Part shown: in pieces, positions 53,833-64,000 of the stretch
Position numbering within the stretch: the first letter of the stretch is position 1
Layout: each line of letters opens with the position of its first letter
Origin: Eledone cirrhosa
Lineage: Eukaryota
Direction: 5' to 3'
Length of the DNA: 64,000 bases
Assembly (NCBI GenBank): GCA_964016885.1
Contig: OZ024754.1
Span: forward strand, 9,920,001-9,984,000
Program-made: the position numbers and the translations under genes
Notes under the pieces: generated by a model
What the model saw: the letters and a program-made list of their open reading frames with translations, nothing else
The model's database searches: none
What the model was told of the DNA's origin: nothing

Positions 53833-53866
<34 letters not shown>

Positions 53867-53929
53867 CAATATATATATACAATATACAGAAAATAACAGT
53901 ACTAAGCACTACACATATAGTGATATATG

Positions 53930-53973
<44 letters not shown>

Positions 53974-54084
53974 TACAAACTCACACATATATATACATAT
54001 ATATATATACACTATACAGAAAATAACACTACTAGGCACTGCACATACAATGATATATATATACACATACAAACTGACATATAT

Positions 54085-54414
54085 ATCATCATCATACGTC
54101 CACTTTTCCCTGCTTGCAAGGGTGGGACGGGAACTGATTCTGGCTTGATTTCTACAGCTGGATGCCCTTCCTAACACCAACCTCATTTACAGTGAGCGAT
54201 GGGTGCTTTTTTTCCATGGCACTTCCACGACCACTTTGCAGGGGAATGATTTGGACCTCAGTCCCTATCATCTCATTTCTACAGCTGAGTAAACTGGAGC
54301 AATGTGAAATAAAGTGTCTTGCTCAAGGAAACAACACATCACCCGGACTGAGAATTGAACTCGCAACCTTTCGATTGCAAGGCCAATGCTCTAACCACTA
54401 AGCCATGTGCCTCC
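54085..54414 (-). mobile_element. SINE A, full length
   Basis: Reverse complement of the family A consensus. Confidence 0.9.
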
Positions 54415-55090
54415 ATATATATACAATATACAGAAAATAAGACCACTAGGCACTACACATATAGAGATAACGCTTAATTTAAAGACAAGAGTACACAGAT
54501 CAATAAATGTCAATTATTTTGATTTATTCATCTTGTACTATTCAAACTATATATAGAAAGTAAATCTTTTGAATCATTTAAGTTTAAACACGAAAATTTT
54601 AAATTGGCTTAATGTAATTATGGGCAGTTATCAAAAATGCCACAAAAATGAATGTCAATTAAGAACATTTAAAGCAAATATTGTTCTTGTTTTTTTACAA
54701 CAAAATAGTTTGTGTACATTACAGATGGAGGATAATAAAATCATATAGCGGTACCAATTGGTTGAGAAATTGAAATTTCTCAAACTGGAAATTATATTAA
54801 TGATGCAATAAACTATAGTTTGATGTTTCATATTCATGCTATCAGCAAGTTCTTTCCCGTTTTTTTGGGGGGTGGGTGGGGGGTAGGGTAGGGGGGGGGG
54901 GTATGAAATCATACAATTCATTCAATTTCCTGGATTTCCTGGATTATAGGATACTCCTGTCAACTAGTTTCCATAGGTTTTTCCGGTTTGGATTTAAGTT
55001 TGGGGATTCTGCTGGTCATTTCAACTCTTAGAGTTTCTGAATTTTGATCTATTCTTTGATTATTCCTGTGGTATCATCATCATCGTTTAG

Positions 55091-55301
55091 CTCTTTAGTA
55101 TTTACAATTTTCTGTGTTTACTGTTGTATTTTCACAGTAAAAGGCATAATTATCTCACATAATATCGAAGTTACAAGATTTTGATGATAATATTTTGAGA
55201 GCAATACCTTAACATAAGTATGAGTAGCTGGTTACAGCCAGTTTGAACAGAAAGAGGTGAACAAATTCTGACCGGATATGGTTGGTTTAAATGCTAAAGG
55301 G
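55091..55301. mobile_element. P1 MITE nested in a SINE C tail
   Basis: The flanks catcatcgt|TTAG and TTAA|cgtccattttcc rejoin to the family C sequence catcgtTTAAcgtcc. Confidence 0.8.
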
Positions 55302-57263
55302 TTAACGTCCATTTTCCATGCTAGCATGGGTTAGACAGTTTGTCCCACTTGAGGCAAGTTGGGTCAGGTAACCATGTTTTGAGCTAGATTTCTACAGCTG
55401 GATGCCTTTCCTAACGTCAACCACATTTACAGTGTAGACTGAGTGCTTTTTATCATGACACCTACACAACCACTTTAAAGTGTGTGCTAGGTGCTTTTTG
55501 TCGTGAATCCTACACAACCACTTTAAAGTGTGGTATCTAAAGCCTAAAGTCTGTCTAGAGGCCATCGGCTCATCAGGTGATGCTTCTCCCTGCTTCCTTG
55601 GCATGAAGCAACAGAGTACAAGACTCCCACTGGATAGGATGACAGTCCATCGCAGGGTTAACTCCCAGCTATTGCTGATACTCATTTTCAGCTGAGTATA
55701 CTTGATAGCGGGACTTTATTCTAGCAACCCCAGAATGATGAAAGACAAATAAAAGTCTGGGATGATCACTTCTTTACCAAAACCCTGAGCTAACTATTGA
55801 TAAAATTGTTTCAAATCAGAATGAAAACAAAGTTGTATTTAACTTCCATCTCAAAGTTACCATTGTACCATGGTAACAACAATAGTTGTAGAAATCAAAG
55901 CATTTCAAACTTCTAAGAATCAATCAATTTAACATCAATGATTGGGTAAGTTAAAAGAAAAAAAAAAAAAAGATAAAAACTATGAAAATATAAAAACTTT
56001 GTTGATTACTGATTTTGGTTTATTCAAACATCTGTTTCCAACAGGTATGAAAGATTTCTACATCTGTTTCCAACAGGTATGAAAGATTTCTACATCTGTT
56101 TCCAACAGGTATGAAACATTTTTTGATAAAATTATAGGAATCAGACTATATTCTTTACAAGTTTCCAACAGGTATGAAAAATTTCGACATACAATTATAG
56201 GAATTGTTAGACTATATTCTTTACAAGCTGGAAGTTTTTATTTTGTTAATTTATTAATTTTTTTTTTTTTGCACAAATGTTTACAGGTAAAATATGATTG
56301 GTCAATATACAATATCAGCTATAACTACATTAACTGTAACAGATAAAAGCCAATGAAGGGGCATCTATATGGTTGCCCTGTTTGCTAGAAATAGTAACTG
56401 AATCTAGTTCAAATTATATCATTAAAGTCTGTCTCGAGCCTGGAGGTTTGTCAGGCTGGTGCTTATTTTGGTTTTGATGGCATATGAAGTGACTGAATGT
56501 ACAAGACTCATCGCCGTCTTTCACATCATTTAGCTGTTTTAACAGCTGTTCTAGCGAAGAGTTTTTCCATTTTTATATGTATTCAATCAAAACAATCAAT
56601 GTTTCCAACCCCCTAGCCTAGCATTCCAGTCTTGACAATATTTCACTATATCTTACCAACCTAGTTTTCCATTTTGTCACACACTACTGTTATTTACAGG
56701 AATTTCTGTATGAATCAGCAGCCATTTTACACCCTTGCTTCAGTTTACTTCATGAATATCTTATAATTTTTTTAATTTATTACTTGTCTCACTAACCCTT
56801 TTTGATTACCATCTGTAAGGTGTACTCGAAACCAGACATGTGAAACTGAGGGTCCCACAAGGGTCACATATGTATTTTGATTCAGGGTAAGAAGAAATCC
56901 CACAACAGAAACTATTAGAGTACCTTCTTTAACTTACAAGCCACGCAATCTAGCGTTTTTTTTTGTTTTTTTTTGTTTTCTTAAAGCTATATAAACATTT
57001 ATTTGGTGCAAAATGAATTTCTATGAGATGAAAATTTCCAAATAGGAAAATATTGGGATAATAAAACCAGACAAATAAAATCAGTCACACAGACACACAT
57101 ATACACCAGGTCTGAACACAGAGGAACCAAACTCCCACTATCACCACCTCTGTCTCTCTCCCCATCTTTTTGTTGTATATTATTGAGAAATATAAAAAAA
57201 ACAACTTTTTTTTTAATTTAAAAAAAGAATATAAATAAAAAGATTATCAAAAAATAATTTTAC

Positions 57264-57364
57264 CTTGAAAGCCATAAATTTATGGTAAGGTTTAGGAGCC
57301 CAAGCGTAGATCTCAATACAGTCTTGAAGTGCTATCACAAGGAATTTGATCCGTTCGTATTTTA
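57264..57364 (-). CDS. msn: Coding exon of the same kinase, CNH domain: (V)[33 protein letters not shown]
   Basis: Acceptor cttcttgtcttttcag and donor AAG|gtaaaa bound a 101-nt exon (phase 1 to phase 0). The peptide is near-identical to the highly conserved [34 protein letters not shown] of MAP4K4/TNIK/MINK1/Msn. Confidence 0.97.
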
Positions 57365-57920
57365 CTGAAAAGACAAGAAGCAAGAATAAGGTAAAAAAAC
57401 AACTTAAAAAGCAAATTATAATGAGATTCAAGTAATGTAACAAGATTTCATATAAAATCAGGTTTGAAGGAAAAGAAATTTAAAAGATTTAAAAGTAACT
57501 GTTTAATGTTTAATCAAACAGAACTAATATCAGTAGATATATATATACATATATACATATACAAGGTGTCCCCAAAAATGTACCCAAATGTTTTAGATGG
57601 AATTTATATGGAAGCTAATCGCACACGCACACAAACGTGCCCGCATGTACACACACACACACACATACAGGGTGTCCCCTTAAAATGTATACACACTTTG
57701 ATTACCTGTACAGGCAATATTTATTAGAATGCTGCATATATATAAATACAAATGGAGAGATGCTGTGCTGAATAGGACCCATCCAACCCTTGCAAGCAGG
57801 GAAAAGCAGATGTAAAATGATGATGGTGATGATGATGATGATATACATATACATTTATTATATACATATGTATATGTATGAATGTAATGTATGTATATAT
57901 TCATGCATGTATGTATGCAT

Positions 57921-57971
<51 letters not shown>

Positions 57972-58064
57972 TATTATATACTTATGTATATGTATGAATG
58001 TAATGTATATATATATATATATATATACACACACTTATTATATACTTATGTATATGTATGAATG

Positions 58065-58108
<44 letters not shown>

Positions 58109-58138
58109 TTATTATATACTTATGTATATGTATGAATG

Positions 58139-58178
<40 letters not shown>

Positions 58179-58208
58179 TTATTATATACTTATGTATATG
58201 TATGAATG

Positions 58209-58274
<66 letters not shown>

Positions 58275-58303
58275 TTATATACTTATGTATATGTATGAAT
58301 GTA

Positions 58304-58347
<44 letters not shown>

Positions 58348-58377
58348 TTATTATATACTTATGTATATGTATGAAAG

Positions 58378-58441
<64 letters not shown>

Positions 58442-58841
58442 ATGTTTTGCTTGAAGAAATATGAAAATATGCTAAAATTACTGAAAATTAGGACTGATTC
58501 GGGTTACCTAACAGGATGTAAATATGTGGCACTAAAAGAGAGAGTGAAGCTATGCATGTATAAGCCTAAACATGTAGCACATGTTTATGTATGTGCAGAG
58601 ATGTCATATATATATATATATGCATACAAGATAACTATACACATATATTTAGTTAACTACATGCACACACACATATTTATAATATATATTATAGACATAT
58701 ACTTATAATATAACGTGTAATATGCATAAATTTGAAAATATTTGTGTATATTTGTAGGGATTTATGCATATAAATACACCGATGGCAATTGGTGTTTGTT
58801 GGTGTGAAGTAAGAGAACTAGTCAGTGTGTATATGTTTATG

Positions 58842-58903
<62 letters not shown>

Positions 58904-59011
58904 ATAAAAGTATGTGCTCCTACATGTAAATAATACACATAGGGATACAAGTAAGTAGAGTGAATATTTTGAAATTTATTTTAAATTTTTTTCTTTATTT
59001 GCTTTCCCTTG

Positions 59012-59084
<73 letters not shown>

Positions 59085-59187
59085 GCACACACACAAATAC
59101 TTATATCTATCTATATGTGTGTATTAAAATATATACACACACACATTTTCATATCCATCTATATATTTGTGTGTGTGTCTGTGTGTA

Positions 59188-59223
<36 letters not shown>

Positions 59224-59323
59224 CATACACACACACACACTTATATCTATCTATATGTGTGTATTTATATATATATATACACACACACATTTTCATATCC
59301 ATCTATATATTTGTGTGTGTGTC

Positions 59324-59367
<44 letters not shown>

Positions 59368-59402
59368 AATATTTATATCCATTTCTATATGCATGTAAAT
59401 AT

Positions 59403-59433
<31 letters not shown>

Positions 59434-59699
59434 TATGTGTATGTAGGTATATATACAGAAAATAGATATAAAACTGTGTTAAAAAATAAAATAAATGTAC
59501 ATATTTACTTAGAATTACTATGGCAAAGAAGCTTTCACACTTAAATATCTGGAGAAAGGAATTTCCATAAATTTATCAAATTTATATTTAACAATGTGGT
59601 GCACACACAAGTATGTATGTATAAATACATTATACATACATTTATAAGTCAAGAAAGTACATTTTGTTCTCTCTCTCATGCTTTTTTTTTGTGTAAAAA

Positions 59700-59758
<59 letters not shown>

Positions 59759-59863
59759 GCATATACAACCTGCTACAGTCGAGGTGAAATGACAAAAATA
59801 CATAAACTGATGGTGTCACATTGAAAATAACAAATTAAATCTATGTCTGGAAACAAGTGTGAG

Positions 59864-59899
<36 letters not shown>

Positions 59900-61128
59900 C
59901 GTGTATGTGTGTGTGTGTGTGTGAGCGTGTGTGTGAGCGTGTGTGTGAGCGTGTATATTTGTGTGTGTGTGTGAGCGTGTATGTGTATGTGTGTGTGTGA
60001 TGGAGCGTGTGATTATGTGTGAGTGAGCATGTGTGTGTGTGTGTGTGTGTGTGTGTGAGCATGTGTGAGTGAGCATGTGATGGAGCGTGTGATTATGTGT
60101 GTGTGAGTGAGCATGTGTGTGCATGTGAGCGTGTGTGTGTTTGAGAGCATGTATGTGTGTGGGTGTGTGTGAGCGTGTGTGATGGAGCGTGTGATTATGT
60201 GTGCGTGAGTGAGCATGTGTGCGTGTGTGAGCGTGTGTTTGAGAGCATGTATGTGTGTGTGAGCATGTGTGAGTGAGCGTGTGTGATGGAGCGTGTGATT
60301 ATGTGTGTGTGAGTGAGCATGTGTGTGCGTGTGAGCGTGTGTGTTTGAGAGCATGTATGTGTGTGGGTGTGTGTGAACATGTGTGAGTGAGCGTGTGTGA
60401 TGGAGCGTGTGATTATGTGTGTGTGAGTGAGCATGTGTGTGCGTGTGAGCGTGTGTGCGTGTGTGTTTGAGAGCGTGTGTGTTTGAGAGCATGTATGTGT
60501 GTGGGTGTGTGTGTGAGCATGTGTGAGTGAGCGTGTGTGATGGAGCGTGTGATTATGTGTGAGTGAGCATGTGTGTGCGTGTGAGCATGTGTGTGTGTGT
60601 GAGAGCATGTATGTGTGTGTGTGTGTGTGTGTGTGAGCATGTGTGAGTGAGCGTGTGTGATGGAGCGTGTGATTATGTGTGTGAGTGAGCATGTGTGTGT
60701 GCGTGTGTGTGTATGTGTGCACATGCCTGTGTATATGTTTGTACATGCATACACATGTGCAACTGCACAAACCAAGTGGTTAAGATACTGAATCCCCAAC
60801 TCATTCTACACGAGCGCAAACGTTCTGCACACACTTTATTGCATTTGTCAGCATTCCCAGTGGATATTTTAAAATTAATTTCGCTCTTGTTACTCAAAAT
60901 CAATGGCTCTGAAGCTTATTTCATTATAGAACTCTTATATGAGTTTCCAATATATCATGGAACCCATAACTTCTCTACACATGATATGACCAACATAAGT
61001 GGGATACAGACCCATCGCCCTCTCTGGGAGGTCAGTAGCCTCGATTCAGTGCTGACTTGGTCAATGTAGACATGTCGGACCCTTAGTAGCGCGGAAAGTG
61101 GATGTGTTAAATGATGATGTTAAAATAA

Positions 61129-61315
61129 TTGTTTCTACTTTAGGCACAAGGCCAGCAATTATCCCAGTGTATTACTGGTACTTTATTTTATCGACCCCGT
61201 AAGGATGAAAGGCAAAGTCAACCTCGGCGGGATTTGAACTCAGATCGTAAAGGGACGTAACTATGCTGGAAAGCATGGCGTCCGACCCTCCACCGATACT
61301 GCCAATCCACCGCCC
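61129..61315 (-). mobile_element. SINE B, full length, with TSD of about 20 bp
   Basis: aatgatgatgttaaaataat at 61110-61129 and 61321-61340. Confidence 0.9.
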
Positions 61316-61347
61316 TTAACAATGATGATGTTAAAATAATAATGAAA

Positions 61348-61540
61348 TTATTGTGTACAGTGCTCAGGTGCACTACAACTCATCAAAGGTGCATGTATAG
61401 TAGATAGAATAATGTACAAATGTCAGGAAAATGAACAGTGTACCAGTCATGATATACATGTGTGTGTGTATGTAGGGGGGATATCAGGTATAGTGTTGGC
61501 GAATCTCAGGAAGCATGGAGGTTTTGAAGGATGCAGTGTC
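61348..61540 (-). mobile_element. Dispersed repeat, possibly a LINE 3' UTR
   Basis: aactcatcaaaggtgcatgtatagta...gaacagtgta is shared with 43959-44030. The clade is not determined. Confidence 0.45.
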
Positions 61541-61624
61541 GATAATGAATCTCCATCATCCTAATATAGATTTATAATTTAAACCCAAGACCAGCAAATT
61601 TGGGGAAAAGACAAAGATGATTAA

Positions 61625-61833
61625 CCCTTTAGCATTTACATTACTCTATATTTACTCTTATATTTTCACAGTAAAGGCTTTATCTCACATAATATCAAAT
61701 CTATGAGATTTTGATATTATTTATTTTGAGAACAATACCTTAACATAAGTATAAGCAGCCAGTTCCAGCAGGTTTGAACAGAAAGGATTGAGAGAATTCT
61801 GGCCGGTTACAGACAGTTTTAAATGCTAAAGGG
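61625..61833. mobile_element. P1 MITE nested in a diverged SINE B
   Basis: Perfect TIRs with TTAA on both sides. The flanks 61585-61620 and 61838-61915 are consecutive parts of SINE B. Confidence 0.85.
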
Positions 61834-62819
61834 TTAAAACAACCCAGTACCTGTCAGGTACTTTATTTTATTGACCTTGGAAGGATGAAAGGCAAAGTTG
61901 ACCTCAGCAGAATGTACAGAGGTAGAACAAATACAAAAATGGCATTTTATCTGATGCTCTACCAATTATGCTAATTCACACCCCTTAACTTTAATAAGAC
62001 ATTAAATGAAATAAAAATTGTTTTAGACAAAGAACTTTTATTAAATTTTATCAAAAGTCTCTTTATCTCACAGAACCCTAGCATGTTTTGGCAAAGCCTT
62101 AGGGTTCTTTCCAAACCACTTCTAGAAACTCTTCTCTAGACAGTTTAATCAATATACTGTTTGTTTAGCAGCTTAAAGCATCCTTTCAATTTTACCATTC
62201 TTACTTTAGTAATCCAACGGCTTGATTGTCTACGCAGTCAGATATGACCGCAAGTTGCTGCAAAGGTACACACACAAAGACACGTGTGTAGGTGTATGTA
62301 CACACACGGGCGCCCACGTGCACGCACACACACACACAACTCTATCCTCCACATTATTCTATACACCTGTGACTGATCAAAACAAAACTCTGTCAGTTCT
62401 GACATTGTTCCTTTCACTGAATGTTTTTGATGTTAGATTGGAAAACACTTATCTCAGAGAAGGGATTAGTTATAGTAAGACTAATAATGTAAAATCCATG
62501 CTATCACCTTTACTATTTAATAAAAACAGATTCCTTACAAATCTGGAAAAGATTTCATTCTTTTCTTTTCTCTCTTTTCCTTATTCTTTTAATTTTTCTT
62601 TCCTACTGATATATTTACGCGTTTCCTATGTTATCTACATTATTTCGTCTAAACATGAGGGGGGAGAGATTAGTGGATTAGCAGGATAAATAACTAGATT
62701 GGATTAATCTGCTTTTCCTACCAATACGAAGTACAAACACAAAAACCAGCAGAAAGATATCAGAAACATCCTTCAATCAGATCTCTCATAGTTTGATATA
62801 AACAGAAAAGAAAACTTAC

Positions 62820-62883
62820 CAATCTTAAAATGGACACAGCCTTCTAAATTCCCAACATTTAGCCAGCCATTTTTTTTCTCACT
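62820..62883 (-). CDS. msn: Coding exon of a misshapen/MAP4K4/TNIK/MINK1-family (GCK-IV) kinase, CNH domain: SEKKNGWLNVGNLEGCVHFKI(V)
   Basis: Minus-strand acceptor ttttctttctggtttctttcag and donor G|gtaagt bound a 64-nt exon ending in phase 1. The peptide matches the family motif EK(K/R)xGWxxVGxLxGxxHxKxV. It splices in frame (g+ta=V) to the exon at 57264-57364. Confidence 0.93.
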
Positions 62884-63268
62884 CTGAAAGAAACCAGAAA
62901 GAAAACACAGGAGTATAATACATTGTTTCAAGTTAATGATGAAGATGGTAATAATGATGATGATGATGATGGAGATGGTAATGATGATGATGTTAATAAT
63001 GGCTAATATACAGTCCAATCTGAAGTACTGCACAAAATGGAAATTAACACTTTCATTACCATATTCATATTGAAAAATATTGTATATGATTTTCAATTAA
63101 TTCTTTTTTTTTAGTAATCAGGAGGGATTTAGTGATATAACCAACTTTCCAACAAAAATTAAGATGGAAGGTTTTTAGATGAATACAATCTAAAATAAAC
63201 AGCTTTCAATCATTATCTGAGGTGATTTCAAGCAGTTTTGTATCAACAATGATAATATACTATACATT

Positions 63269-64000
63269 GACAAAAAGCACCCAATCCACATTGTAAAATG
63301 GTAGTGTAGATGTCATGACAAAAAGCACCCAACCCACACTGTAAAGAGGTTGTGTAGATGTCATGACAAAAAGCACCCAGTACACACTATAAAGTGGTCA
63401 TGTAGATGTCATGACAAAAAGCACCCAGTACACACTGTAAAGTGGTCATGTAGATGTCATGACAAAAAGCACCCAGTACACACTGTAAAGTGGTCATGTA
63501 GATGTCATGACAAAAAGCACCCAGTACACACTGTAAAGTGGTCGTGTAGGTGTCATGACAAAAAGCACCCAGTACACACTGTAAAGTGTTTGTGTAGATG
63601 TCATGACAAAAAGCACCCGGTACACACTGTAAAGTGGTCGTGTAGGTATCATGACAAAAAGCACCCAGTGGTCGTGTAGATGTCATGACAAAAAGCACCC
63701 AGTACACACTGTAAAGTGGTTGTGTAGATGTCATGACAAAAAGCACCCAGTACACACTGTAAAGTGGTCGTGTAGGTATCATGACAAAAAGCACCCAGTG
63801 GTCGTGTAGATGTCATGACAAAAAGCACCCAGTACACACTGTAAAATGGTAGTGTAGATGTCATGACAAAAAGCACCCAGTACACACTGTAAAGTGGTCG
63901 TGTAGGTGTCATGACAAAAAGCACCCAGTACACACTGTAAAGTGGTTGTGTAGATGTCATGACAAAAAGCACCCAGTACACACTGTAAAGTGGTCGTGTA
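63269..64000. repeat. 48-bp minisatellite running off the window end, related to the SINE A/C internal module
   Basis: Unit gacaaaaagcacccagtacacactgtaaagtggtcgtgtagatgtcat. Confidence 0.95.

Overview
AT-rich eukaryotic DNA saturated with microsatellites. The SINE and LINE repertoire looks like that of a coleoid cephalopod (Octopus-like), which is an inference from the repeat families. Almost every ORF in the supplied track is a low-complexity artefact. The only host gene I can support is two minus-strand coding exons (62820-62883 and 57264-57364) of a misshapen/MAP4K4/TNIK/MINK1-family Ste20 kinase, encoding part of the CNH domain. I could not find the expected downstream CNH exons in the remaining 57 kb, so positions 1-57263 look like one very large intron, or the gene is broken or mis-assembled here. 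This interval holds tRNA-derived SINEs of at least three families and 3' relics of four LINE clades (RTE, R4/Dong, CRE-like and Tx1/L1-like). It also holds TTAA-targeting piggyBac-like MITEs, Tc1/mariner-type MITEs, a Penelope-type minimal hammerhead ribozyme, a near-consensus CTCF site, long foldback structures, and several minisatellites that arose inside retroelements. There is no CRISPR array, rRNA or true tRNA. I found no convincing wholly new multi-gene system. The most interesting signals are RNA-structural or concern transposon ecology.
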